From the NCBI GenBank assembly GCA_002269645.1, contig NIVC01001306.1:1-64000 (forward strand): a stretch of 64,000 nucleotides of DNA, read 5' to 3'. The position numbers were made by a program, and so were the translations under genes. This DNA comes from Macrostomum lignano (lineage: Eukaryota). The notes below the pieces were generated by a model. The model was not told the origin of the DNA. It was given only the letters and a program-made list of their open reading frames with translations, and ran no database searches. Shown piece after piece: positions 11,136 through 23,302 of this stretch (position 1 is the stretch's first letter; the number at the start of each line of letters is the position of its first letter).

Positions 11136-11753
11136 GAGGTGCCAATCGAACGCCTGGTGAAGGCCCGCTTCCAGGACAACTTCGAGTTCGCCCAGTGGTT
11201 CAAGCGCCTATTCGACGCCAACTATTCCGGCGAGCCGTACGACGCCCTGGCCGCCCGATCCGGCGAGGCCATCGCCGGCAGCGGCAAAGCTGGCGCCGGC
11301 CGGCGGACGTCAGGGGCGGCGACGACGATGGCGGCACCGGCGCAGCCGCGAAGGCAGCCGGCGCCGGAGAGACAGCGGCCGGCGCAGCCGCCTCAAAGAC
11401 CGCAGCAGCAGCCGCAGCAGCAGCCTCAACAGCAACCGCAGCCGACAGCAGCGGACCCAGCGGCCACCTACCGCGCTCCGGCAGGCGGCAGCGCCACGGC
11501 CGAACAGATGCGCAATCGCGTCGCCGCATTGTCCGCCCGCCGCGTGCAAGACCAGCACACCAAGGACGGCTTAGTGATGGAGCGCGATTTTTATTACGGC
11601 AAACTGCGCCAAGTAGAAATCATCTGCCAGACGGCGGAGCAGCCGAACGATCAGATCCGGCGCATCCTGGACATTCTGTACCAGACCGAGGACGGCTTCG
11701 CGCAGCCGCAGGAGGGTTCGCCGCCGTACACCGAAGAGCCCGAGGAGTATTGA
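11136..11753 (+). CDS. MAPRE: EB1/MAPRE exon 3 (CH end, linker, EBH domain, acidic EEY tail)
   Basis: ACAG acceptor; [48 protein letters not shown]-terminal EEY; total CDS 894 nt (297 aa). Confidence 0.93.
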   Translation, partial: EVPIERLVKARFQDNFEFAQWFKRLFDANYSGEPYDALAARSGEAIAGSGKAGAGRRTSGAATTMAAPAQPRRQPAPERQRPAQPPQRPQQQPQQQPQQQPQPTAADPAATYRAPAGGSATAEQMRNRVAALSARRVQDQHTKDGLVMERDFYYGKLRQVEIICQTAEQPNDQIRRILDILYQTEDGFAQPQEGSPPYTEEPEEY

Positions 11754-14329
11754 TGATTAAATTTGATTTGAAGTCCCCAGTTTGACTACTATGAGTAAAA
11801 ATGTAAGTGTAAGAAAACTATATTTTGTAGCACTTTTCATTAAGCTTTTAAATTTGCTGTGAAGTGTTCGATTTATGTAATTTTAATTAATTTTAGCTAA
11901 CACTTCCTCTGTAGCCAACTTGCCTTTCTATGAAACAAAACAGCTCAATTGTTTTTATCATCGCTTCCATAAATAATTCATCGGAAAAGCACAGATTTTT
12001 TAGCGATTTTTAACACCTATATTTATTAGTGTTTTGTTGATTTCGAATTCAATGTTTAATTAGTGCTCAACTTTAAAATTGAATTATGACAGAAACTTCT
12101 AACATTGAATTAATCCATTTTGCGCTTTACTAACGATTTTATAGTGATATATTTCATTTTTTTCAATGAATCTCCTCAATTTTTTTGTGTATTGTAGAGC
12201 ATTTTTTAATAAAAGAAATGAGAAAGAAATAAATCTGTGTGGGTATGCGGATTTATTTACTAAACTTCGGACTTGATAGGAAATACTCAACTTAATCTGA
12301 GATTGACCTCCTATTCCACTCATTGAATTTATTGCACTTATTACAAGGCTGTTGAATGTAAAAGAAAATATGGTTTACAACATCTATCAGCGCGTTGAAA
12401 CCACTGCCGGCATATGTCGCCTGCGATAGGATGGCAATCGACAAGGCAAGTTGCTCGAGAGCCTCAGGTCCAACTGCTACTCGATGCCGTTGAGACGAAC
12501 CCTTTGTTCAGAAGAAATAAATATCGCGTGTAATTTTCATTGCAATCCGTGGACTTTTGGTAGCCGGGCAGGGATATGTCGTTTCTGCCCACCCTTGCAA
12601 ATCGGATGGGAATATTTACACCATGGACTTTCGTGCAGCCCCCCTTTCTGCCCTCAGAAGGTCTATGGAATTGGTATTCGCGCCTTCCCGCTGTGCCCCC
12701 CCCACCCCCGGGACAGCCCTGCAGCTAAGGTATATTCACCAGTCTCCATCATCCAGGTCATGTGTAGGAATCTGGCCTCTTTGTCAAGTCACCATTCCAA
12801 TCTCTATTAAGTCGTCCCATATCCTTCAAATAATTGCACAAAAAAAGTCCTAATTATGTCACTGGCAGTTGTCCTCTTGATGTCCATTTAGTTCAATTGC
12901 CAGTTGTCTCCACTCTCGTTCTTGTTGAAAATACCACACAATCAAAACACGAATATTTCAAGACGCTGTGCTAATTTTCAACAGACGAAATCAGTCTGAT
13001 TGAATGTGCCTCGATAATGCATCGATACACATCTGATAATTAAGTCTAACAATAGACATACGAAAGGACCCGGGCTCGAATCTCTTCGTTTTAAGCCAGA
13101 CAGAGTGCTTTGAATTCAAAGTACTCAATGTACTTTCGACCTGTTAGAGCGATACAAGTAGGCCATGCAGTTCGCAGGTGATGAGTCTGGCGAACAGGCA
13201 AGCAGCCAGGCCCATTCCGCTGACTCCTGAGCTCACACAGGGTGTACAGTGGCCCTGACTTTCTCATTGGCAGGCATGGTGCATAGGCACTTATGCGACT
13301 TGGGGCTTCCCCCCGTGTCCTATCATCAGCTGTTAGATGAGCTCACCGAGGAGCGATAAAAGTAGGTGAAAATCGAACAATTGATAGGGCAGTTATATTC
13401 CAGTTGCAGCAGTTGTTTATTGTATTTACACCTTCAGAAATATGTATATTTATATAGAGAGAGAGAGACAGACACAAGCTAGATTATCCCTAGCTTATTT
13501 GAATTGAATTTGTTGCATTTTCATTCACAAACAGCAAGCGTAAAAGACCGATAACGCGACATCGACATCGATATGCATACCAGCATAAAAGTATGCATGT
13601 TGAGATAGGATTACGAAATAATTGAAAATTATTAATAATTAATAAACTGGCCTAGGCCACCATTTGTTGAGAATGAGGGCGTCCCTTCCATGTAAGCAAG
13701 TAAATTATAATGAATTTCAAAAAATTGATTGGGTCTATTATTTTTATTAATGAAAGATAGTAGTTTATAAATGGATTCAACAGTATTGTAAAATAAGCTC
13801 ATTAGATTAAAATATTAATACAAAACTGTCGAGAATTGTTGCAAGAAGGAAAAAAGTACAAACCATTAATAAAGTAAGCTCGATTATTTTTAAACGTCAA
13901 CCTAATTTTAAAAATAAAACCGCACTCATGACGTGAACAGACCAGAATAACAAAAAAACCCGGCTTTATTTGTCTAAATCGAGTACAGATACATGTACAT
14001 TATTTTAATTTGAAGTTAGAAAAAAACTACACTATATCGGCGATTTTAGATCGCTTCGTCAACTACCATAGTATTGATGCACACGTGTGTACTGATATGT
14101 ACAGGGCACTGGTAGCATAAAGTTGCATAGTTTCTTAATAATCAGTTCATAGAAATGGGCTCTTCTTTAGTACATTGAGATGTGAGAAACCGATATCGAA
14201 TTGAATTCATCAAGTACAATTATTTGCATAATAGGGCCTGTAGACTAACATGATTCTATTGCAATACTTATGAGATTTTGTAATTTTGTGTCGCCTGATC
14301 TCTTCCGCCATCTCCCCAGAAATATTTCC

Positions 14330-15040
14330 TCTCTCCTCGCCCCTGCATGCTCTCTTTCCGCCCCTCCCTCCTCTCTTTCCGCCCTCCCTCCTCTCTTTCC
14401 GCCCCTCCCTCCTCTCTTTCCGCCCCTCCCTCCTCTCTTTCCGCCCCTCCCTCCTCTCTTTCCGCCTCTCCCTCCTCTCTTTCCGCCTCTCCCTCCTCTC
14501 TTTCCGCCCCTCCCTCCTCTCTTTCCGCCCCTCCCTCCTCTCTTTCCGCCTCTCCCTCCTCTCTCTACCCTTCACTCCTCTCTCTCCAACCTTCACTCCT
14601 CTCTCTCCAACCTTCACTCCTCTCTCTCCAACCTTCACTCCTCTCTCTCCACCCTTCACTCCTCTCTCTCCAACCTTCACTCCTCTCTCTCCAACCTTCA
14701 CTCCTCTCTCTCCAACCTTCACTCCTCTCTCTCCAACCTTCACTCCTCTCTCTCCACCCTTCACTCCTCTCTCTCCAACCTTCTCTCTCTCCAACCTTCA
14801 CTCCTCTCTCTCCACCCTTCACTCCTCTCTCTCCACCCTTCACTCCTCTCTCTCCAACCTTCACTCCTCTCTCTCCAACCTTCTCTCTCCAACCTTCACT
14901 CCTCTCTCTCCACCCTTCACTCCTCTCTCTCCAACCTTCACTCCTCTCTCTCCAACCTTCACTCCTCTCTCTCCAACCTTCACTCCTCTCTCTCCAACCT
15001 TCTCTCTCTCCAACCTTCACTGCTCTCTCTCCAACCTTCC
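14330..15040. repeat. Two adjacent 21-bp CT-rich minisatellites (CTCCCTCCTCTCTTTCCGCCC, then CTCTCTCCAACCTTCACTCCT)
   Basis: Tandem copies; 7-aa periodic ORFs in all frames. Confidence 0.93.
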
Positions 15041-15278
15041 CTACAATCTTTACGCGCCTTCCTTCCTTTCTTCCCTTTTTAATCTTATAAACCGCCGCAT
15101 GGCTTCTCCCATAAATATTTCTTTTTTAATCTATCCACAGTAAAAGTTATTATTCTTAGTTTTCACACGAGAATCTGTTGTGTACGAGCGTAGTTTTGGC
15201 CGAATTCAAACCGAGTGCCGCTAAGACCGCTGCTATAAAATAGGATTAACCGCACATCAGGGAGGCGCGACAAGCAAG

Positions 15279-15279
15279 C

Positions 15280-15312
<33 letters not shown>
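15279..15312. repeat. (CAA)n microsatellite
   Basis: Direct reading. Confidence 0.9.
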
Positions 15313-15313
<1 letters not shown>

Positions 15314-15631
15314 TCAGAAACAGGCGGGCAAGCGGGCAAAGGCTAGAAAGTGGAGATCAGGGACAAAATTACTAAGTTGGGGAGTATTAATTTATATGGC
15401 TGAGAATAGTACACGATATTTTGCGTCTGTCATGATAAGAATATGCAAATAACACTACTTAGAGACAAGTAGTAACAGGCAGAATATCGCGAGCATTATA
15501 TCATATTTTCTTCTAGTTTCGACAAGAAAAAATCAAATTGCAACAACAAATAATCTTCTTTAATAACAGATATCAGATATAGGCAAAGGTAAAGCAAAAA
15601 AGCTTAACGAACGGAGAGAGACGGATGGGGG

Positions 15632-15717
15632 TTAATCAAAGCCGACCTTGGCCACCTTCCAGTCCAGGGTCAGGTCTGGCGGCATTGCACTGCTGATGCC
15701 GGGAAATCCAGACGGAT
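15632..15717 (-). CDS. PKNOX: PKNOX/Prep predicted terminal exon 5 (NPSGFPGISSAMPPDLTLDWKVAKVGFD*)
   Basis: CTTACAG acceptor; phase 1 matches the GTGAGC donor at 17018; GC-rich coding-like island. Confidence 0.55.
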
Positions 15718-15830
15718 CTGTAAGCCAGGGAATGGCATACGGCATTATTAACTGCGTGTAGTCTTTACTTTGCAGGCAACTCAAAAATTAGCTCAAAAGT
15801 CATGCAGAAGCACGGTCTCTAGGATAGTAA

Positions 15831-16120
15831 TAATAATAAATAATACTAGTAATAATTGATTAAACTTGCTCAGCCTTAGCTATTGCGCGGCGCATCTGAA
15901 GGCTGCGTACGGCTGTTCAGTCCAAGGACTGGGGGGGTCGCCACACACAGCCTCAATTACCCCAGCTAATGCTGGCACCCATTTTACAGCTGGGTGAACT
16001 GAAGCAATGCAGAGTTAAGTGTCTTGCTCAAGGACACTAATTGTTTCAGTGTGATCGGGAATCGAATCCCCGACCTTTCAACCGTGAGTCCGACGCTCTA
16101 ATCAACAGGCTACAACCCCT
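15831..16120 (-). mobile_element. tRNA-derived SINE, family 1, copy a
   Basis: A/B-box-like head (GATTAGAGCG...GATTCGATTCC), (TTA)n tail, 11-bp TSD TAGGATAGTAA at 15820-15830 and 16121-16131; second copy at ~49.9-50.2 kb. Confidence 0.85.
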
Positions 16121-16134
16121 TAGGATAGTAAACA

Positions 16135-16905
16135 GCTTAAAAAATCTCACCCCATGGGATAGTAGATAACTACAAAATCTCACTCCATAGGATAGTAGAT
16201 AACTACAAAATCTCACCCCATGGAAAAGTGAATAACTACAAAATCTCACCCCATGGGATAGTAGATAACTACAAAATCTCACCCCATGGGATAGTAGATA
16301 ACTACAAAATCTCACTCCATGGAAAAGTGAATAACTACAAAATCTCACCCCATGGGATAGTAGATAACTACAAAATCTCACCCCATGGGAAAGTAGATAA
16401 CTACAAAATCTCACCCCATGGGATAGTAGATAACTACAAAATCTCACCCCATGGGATAGTAGATAACTACAAAATCTCACCCCATGGGATAGTAGATAAC
16501 TACAAAATCTCACCCCATGGGATAGTAGATAACTACAAAATCCCACTCCATAGGATAGTAGAAAACTACAAAATCTCACTCCATGGAAAAGTGAATAACT
16601 ACAGAATCTCACCCCATGGGATAGTAGTTAACTACAAAATCTCACCCCATGGGATAGTAGATAACTACAAAATCTTACTCCATGGAAAAGTGAATAACTA
16701 CAAAATCTCACCCCATGGGATAGTAGATAACTACAAAATCTCACCCCATGGGATAGTAGATAACTACAAAATCTCACTCCATGGAAAAGTGAATAACTAC
16801 AAAATCTCACCCCATGGGAAAGTAAATAACTACAAAATCTCACTCCATGGAAAAGTGAATAAACTGCAAAATCTCACCACATGGGATAGTAGATGTCTAC
16901 AAAAA
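16135..16905. repeat. 33-bp minisatellite CCATGGGATAGTAGATAACTACAAAATCTCACC
   Basis: Tandem copies; 11-aa periodic spurious ORFs. Confidence 0.95.
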
Positions 16906-17018
16906 AACTCACCCTATTTAATACAAAGGCAATGCATGTCTATTAGTTCAAATCCCAGCTAATCTACTGATAGTAGCATAATAATTTTCCCGCTAAAAAT
17001 AAATAAACAGTCGCTCAC

Positions 17019-17736
17019 TGTGCTGCGCCAGGTACTGCTGGTGCTGCTGGTGAAGGTGCTGATGCTGGTGCTGGGCCGAATGCCCAAAACCGCCGCCAAC
17101 GCCGCCACTGCCGCCGCCTCCGGCCCCGCCGACGCCAGCAACGGCATCGGCGACCTCGTCGTCCTCGTCTGGCCCGTCAGAATCGTCGCCGGCTTCGTCG
17201 TAGCTGCCGCCGTCGTCGTCGGAGTCGACGGGATTGGGCATCGGGTTGGACAGCTGGGCCGCTGACGCTGGGGTGCCGAAGCCAGCTTGCTGCTGATGAA
17301 ATGGCGGCAACTGCTGCTGATGGAGCTGATGATGGGGATACAGGCCTAGCAGAGGCTTAGTGTCGTGATGCTGCTGCTGCTGCTGGCTGGCGACCGCCTC
17401 CTCCTTGACTACTCCAGTTGGACCAGACGATGACTGGAGCTGCTGCTGCTGCTGGTGCGCCGCCGAGGACTTGCCAGTCGGAGCCGATGCTGCCGCAGCT
17501 GCAGCTGCCGCCGCGGCCGCCTGACTACTAGCGAGATTAGCCGGCCAGAAGCGGACATTGCTTGGCCGATTTTGTTGAGCTTTTTTCTTCTTCTGGCTAC
17601 TCTCGGGCGATGAGGCGTCCAGCATCGGTTGGAGGATGCGCCGGCGAGCGTTAATGAACCAGTTGTTCACCTGCAGCAGGGTCAGGTTGGTCTGGCCCGC
17701 CAGCTGCCGCTTCTCGTCCTCGGTCGGGTACGGATG
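17019..17736 (-). CDS. PKNOX: PKNOX/Prep exon 4 (homeodomain helices 2-3 and C-terminal region)
   Basis: [39 protein letters not shown]...[10 protein letters not shown] matches the PKNOX (Prep) TALE class; CAG acceptor at 17737-17739; unspliced, the frame stops at 16993. Confidence 0.93.
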
Positions 17737-17874
17737 CTGCAGATGAAGATCGGGGATTAGTGCTCACTGATTGGAGAAATATTTTTGTTTTTTTCTTTCT
17801 TAGCAATTTTGATAACGGGCGTTGAGCTCAGTTAAAATCGCATTACAAAATCTCAGTACTTGCGGGTAGTCTTA

Positions 17875-18405
17875 GTCTACAAAATCTCACCCATTAAAAA
17901 GCGAAAGACCAAAGTTCACTCCATAGAGAGAGCCATAGACTACAAAATCTCACCCTTAAGGAGCAAAATCTCACCCTTAGAACAGCAGCCGAAGACTACA
18001 AAATCTCATCCTTAAGGAACACAATCTCACCCTTAGGACGGTAGCCAAAAATTACAAAATCTCATCCTTAAGGAACAAAATCTCACCCTTAGGACGGTAG
18101 CCAAAAACTACAAAATCTCATCCTTAAGGAACAAAATCTCACCTTAAGGAAAAAAATCTCACCCTTGGGACAGTAGCTAAAAACTACAAAATCTCACCCT
18201 TAGGACAGTACCCATAGACTACAAAATCTCACCCTTAGGACAGTACCCATAGACTACAAAATCTCACCCTTAAGACAGCAGCCATAGACTACAAAATCTC
18301 ACCCTTAAGACAGCAGCCATAGACTACAAAATCTCACCCTTAAGACAGCAGCCATAGACTACAAAATCTCACCCTTAAGAAACAAAATCTCACCCTTAGG
18401 GCAGT
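17875..18405. repeat. ~35/21-bp minisatellite with core ACTACAAAATCTCACCC
   Basis: Tandem copies; same core as the 16135 array. Confidence 0.9.
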
Positions 18406-19823
18406 GAAACGCTAAAAAACTAAATAATCTCATCCATAAGATAATAGAACATGCCGAAATTTTTTAAGCCCGAATAAAATCACTACCAGAAGCCATTCTA
18501 CTGGTATCCAGGTGGCAATAAGAACTGAGAAGCCACAGAAATAGAAGAGCTTACAGAAACAGCGGCAGACCAATCCAAGGACTCAAACTAAAGACTGAAG
18601 ATTGAAAACCTAAAACAGCTTGAAGAAGTGAACAGTGCGCCGGCAGAGGGGCGGAAAGATGAAAAAGCGATGATTAGTTAGAATGCTACGCCAGCAAATG
18701 AACTGGAACCTTTCTCGGGAACCTTTCAGGCCGGTCCCGCCTCATGCCAATCATTCGTCATTGATTTTTTTAGAAAAAGAACTCTCTCTCTCTCTCCATG
18801 CCGACACAGCTCTCTCCCATGGCGCGCCACATATCTAGTCTACTGGGCCCTGCTCCCCTCACTCTTCTAACACTTGAAAACTGCGGCCATTTCCTACCAA
18901 AATATTCTCTCACAAACTCTCTCTCTCTCCCTCACTCTAAAGCCTAAAATCATTTGAAAGATTGGCAGTTCTCAGTGTCTCTGTCCCTCTCCGCGTGTGA
19001 ATTACGAGTGCTCCCAGCCAATCTTCTCCATTGCGGCGGCGGCGGCAGCTCGGGTTGCGGCACAGAGCAGGAGGGCGAATTGTTGACGCGAAAATCCCGC
19101 AGAGAGAGAGAGTGAGTGAGAGAGAAGGGGAACTACGACATGGGGAGAGTAAAGTGCCGGCAGCTCCGCCCACTTTTTCCTTTCCTTTCCTTCCGTATGG
19201 CCGACACTTCCCCCTCTCTCACCGGGCTCTCCTCACACCTTTCACATTTTTATCTCGCGCCACAGGGGGCGCCACACAGAATAGAGAAGGAAAATGGTCC
19301 GAGAATTGAGGGGGGGGCCCACAATCCTGTTGAATTTTTGGTCCCAATTTTTCGGCAAGTTGAATTGAGGAAAAGAGCCGATGGTTGAGCATGGGAGAGG
19401 AAGCGGAGGGTTGGGCCTTTAGCCACGCGCTGGTCCCAGAACTCACTTAGAGCTCCGAGCGCCGTCTTCTAAGCGCTATGCCGCCCGCCCCCATGTTCTC
19501 TTTTCAAAAATTTATTTTGACTGACAAGCGGCGGGCCTCGGAGCACAATAGACTCTCGACTCTGGCAAGGCGCCGAGAGGAAAAGCTTCAAATAATAATG
19601 GCGATGCCGGGGCGGGGATATCGAAACCATTCTCTCCCTCAACTGCCCGCATCAGTTTCAGCGCCTATTATTCTCATCCAAGTCTGCTGCTTCTAGGAGA
19701 TTGCGTCGCAGAAACATCCTGGCTCCGCCCTTACACAGCCTCGCGACCCCTTGTCGGCGATTGCCGTGAGAAAATTTCTCCCTAAAGCCAACTGATGTTT
19801 CAGGAGCAGACCGCGCCTGGTTT

Positions 19824-20725
19824 CTAGTTTGTGAAGCTTCTAGTTTGTGAAGCTTCTAGCTTGTGAAGCTTCTAGTTTGTGAAGCTTCTAGTTTGTGAAG
19901 CTTCTAGTTTGTGAAGCTTCTAGTTTGTGAAGCTTCTAGTTTGTGAAGCTTCTAGTTTGTGAAGCTTCTAGTTTGTGAAGCTTTTAGTTTGTGAAGCTTC
20001 TAGTTTGTGAAGCTTCTAGCTTGTGAAGCTTCTAGTTTGTGAAGCTTTTAGTTTGTGAAACTTCTAGAATAGTTTGTGAAGCTTCTAGTTTGTGAAGCTT
20101 CTAGTTTGTGAAGCTTCTAGCTTGTGAAGCTTCTAGTTTGTGAAGCTTTTAGTTTGTGAAGCTTCTAGTTTGTGAAGCTTCTAGTTTGTGAAGCTTCTAG
20201 TTTGTGAAGCTTCTAGCTTGTGAAGCTTCTAGTTTGTAAAGCTTTTAGTTTGTGAATCTTTTAGTTTGTGAAGCTTCTTGTTTGTGAAGCTTCTAGTTTG
20301 TGAAGCTTCTAGTTTGTGAAGCTTCTAGTTTGTGAAGCTTCTAGTTTTTGAAACTTCTAGAATAGTTTGTGAAGCTTCTAGTTTGTGAAGCTTTTAGTTT
20401 GTGAAGCTTTTAGTTTGTGAAGCTTTTAGTTTGTGAAGCTTCTAGTTTGTGAAGCTTCTAGTTTGTGAAGCTTCTAGTTTGTGAAACTTCTAGAATAGTT
20501 TGTGAAGCTTCTAGTTTGTGAAGCTTTTAGTTTGTGAAACTTCTAGAATAGTTTGTGAAGCTTCTAGTTAGTGAAGCTTCTAGTTTGTGAAACTTTTAGT
20601 TTGTGAAGCTTTTAGTTTGTAAAGCTTTTAGTTTGTGAATCTTTTAGTTTGTGAAGCTTCTTGTTTGTGAAGCTTCTAGTTTGTGAAGCTTCTAGCTTGT
20701 GAAGCTTCTAGTTTGTGAAGCTTCT
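19824..20725. repeat. 16-bp minisatellite TAGTTTGTGAAGCTTC
   Basis: More than 50 tandem copies. Confidence 0.96.
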
Positions 20726-21552
20726 TGTCTGTGAAAGCGCCCCAGCGAACTTATTCCCAGCCGGGAATATGCGTAAACACACCGAGAGTTACAAGCGCAC
20801 AAGGTTAACCCCCCTGTGGTGACACATCGTTACCAAGTTAACGAAGGACTGGCGTGTGAAAAAAATAAATCAAAAATCAGATGCGCGCCCGGCACATATA
20901 GGCCAGTTGTTGCCTATGCGGTTGGCAATGTTATAAATGCATATAGGGAGGTGGCATATGGGGATGCCTAAATAACAGTAAAACAAGCCGCAAGCTGTCG
21001 AGGCCCCGGAGACTCAGAGGTCAGAGGGCAGGCCAAGCCGGGTTTCTAAGCCCTACGCTTGCAACACTTTATTGACAAAATGTAATTCTATTTATTAACA
21101 AAAGAGCCAGCCGATTACCCATGCCTTATATACATTGCCCTACTCCACCCTATATAAGCACACACTCTCAGATCAAGCAAACAGGTTCAAGACCGCAGGT
21201 CACGAGTCCCGGCCCCTTATAAACAGGACTATAACAGCAGGCCTTCCAGTTTAGTCAAATATAAAAGCCACGCTCGCATTGAAAATGCCGTCTATGCCTT
21301 CGCAACAAGCCGAGATAACAAATTACCAAGAGATCCGCTGGCTTGGCCTTTTAGCTCAATTGTTGACACAAACTTTGAGACAGATAGCGAATAAAGAGGC
21401 CCCATTAAAAACCTGTAACAACTACAGTATTACTTCTTCTGAGATCTTGGATTGCAATCTAAATTTATTGTTTAAATTTTCAAAGTGAAAACAAAAAAGT
21501 TAACGATGCAGACAGTTTTAACATTCCTTGACAGGTTTTGATTGCAATAACT

Positions 21553-22301
21553 CAGTGGCTTAGTCAGATGGATTTTCATCTGGGGAGGGGGGTGGTCACG
21601 AGCCAGAGCCACAACACCCGTAGTCAATGCCATTGTGACATAATGTCGGGGAGGGGGGGCAGAGTTCCAGATTCCTGTCAGTAGAACATACTTTAGCGCC
21701 GAATGGAAGATTTTAGCGCCAATTTAGCGCCGAATAAAAGACGTAAGCGCCAATTTAGCGCCGAATGAAAGACTTTAGCGCCAATTTAGCGCCGAATGGA
21801 AGATTTTAGCGCCAATTTAGCGCCGAATGAAAGACTTAAGCGCCAATTTAGCGCCGAATGGAAGATTTTAGCGCCAATTTAGCGCCGAATGAAAGACTTA
21901 AGCGCCAATTTAGCGCCGAATGGAAGATTTTAGCGCCAATTTAGCGCCGAATGAAAGACTTAAGCGCCAATTTAGCGCCGAATGGAAGATTTTAGCGCCA
22001 ATTTAGCGCCGAATGAAAGACTTAAGCGCCAATTTAGCGCCGAATGGAAGATTTTAGCGCCAATTTAGCGCCGAATGAAAGACTTTAGCGCCAATTTAGC
22101 GCCAAATGGAAGATTTGGGCGCCAATTTAGCGCCAAAGTGGACTTACGCGCCAATTTAGCGCCAAAGGCGAGATTTTAGCTTATAAAGTCGTGCCTCGTA
22201 CCACAACCTTTTTCTAACAATTGCAAAAACTAAGACCCAAAATTTTACTGGTCAGCAATCTGGGGGTTGCGACCCCTCTGACCCCCTTGACTACACCACT
22301 G
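21553..22301. mobile_element. hAT-type MITE carrying an internal 31-bp TTTAGCGCC array
   Basis: TIRs CAGTGGCTTAGTCA / TGACTACACCACTG; degenerate 8-bp TSD CAATAACT vs CAATGGTT; array at 21692-22165. Confidence 0.65.
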
Positions 22302-23302
22302 CAATGGTTTCATTTTGTGCCAAATAACTAGCCCGTGTGCGAATATCATCGTATAAAATAGAAAATATGAAGCTACTTCTTAGAATTTTATAAATTACTT
22401 CACAAAAATTCAGTTTGACCAAGCAGAAGTCGAAACTGAGAAAACTTGCAGTCAGCCTGCCTGAAAATGTGTGTTTGGAGAAGAGTTGCTACTCAGGTTT
22501 CGGGTTCGGGGCCGCCACCTTGAACTAGCGTTAGAAACACTGAAGACAGATACCGTCGCACGAGTTACAACTGACTTACTCAAAAACTGTTAAGCCCTAC
22601 AATTCTTCCGATAAGGCGCCCCACCACACTCATCTCCTCGACCAGAGCGAGAATTGATGCCGAAATGATTCAATATTTGTACAAGCCCGTACGCACACAT
22701 ACCCTACTAAGGCATTGCCTCGAGTGTGCAGCCCGCCCCCCTTCCCAGCTAACACGGAGGGAGAAAGAAAGAAAGGATAAAAACCGTGGGCAATTCTCCT
22801 TTACAAGGCGCCATCAGTTTTGAGTTAATTTTCTCAAACAGGCGGCAGAAGAGAGGCAGGGTAGGGAATGAAATTCATATTTTATCACCAAGGCTGACAC
22901 TTCAACACTTGGTGAAGAAGTGTCTCCTAAGCCTAAGACGCGGAGAGCAGCCACTGCTGTATCTGTTTACTTCTCGTCCACTTATCCCAAGCATGCCTAG
23001 CATTGGCAATTGCTCGCAATACACTGCAACTCATCTGCAAGCATTACACATGTTAGATATAGTTAGATTCATGGCCTGGTAGAAACCCCTGATAGATGTT
23101 CTGCATGCTTGTCAATTTAAAAATCCAATTCTAATGCCAATTTCGTTTTAGTCTGCCATATCTATATATTTAGTTGCTAGGGCGAAGAATGTGCTGAAAT
23201 TCCGGCGCGGGAGGTCTGAATAAGTGCGCATGCGTATTTTTTAGCAAGTTTAGCGCGCAAAACCATTATGACCTGTGTGACAATTTTGACTTCAATCACT
23301 AT

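Noticed and set aside
12400-13400. Small ORFs or an additional gene between EB1 and prep
   Set aside because: No recognisable domain and no phase-consistent exon chain.
16060-16118. tRNA gene (also the tRNA-like sequence at ~54890-54945)
   Set aside because: These are SINE heads: they continue into a shared body and tail and are bounded by TSDs.
20880-21270. Cluster of CArG/TATA-like boxes
   Set aside because: No perfect CC(A/T)6GG; AT-rich matches are expected by chance.
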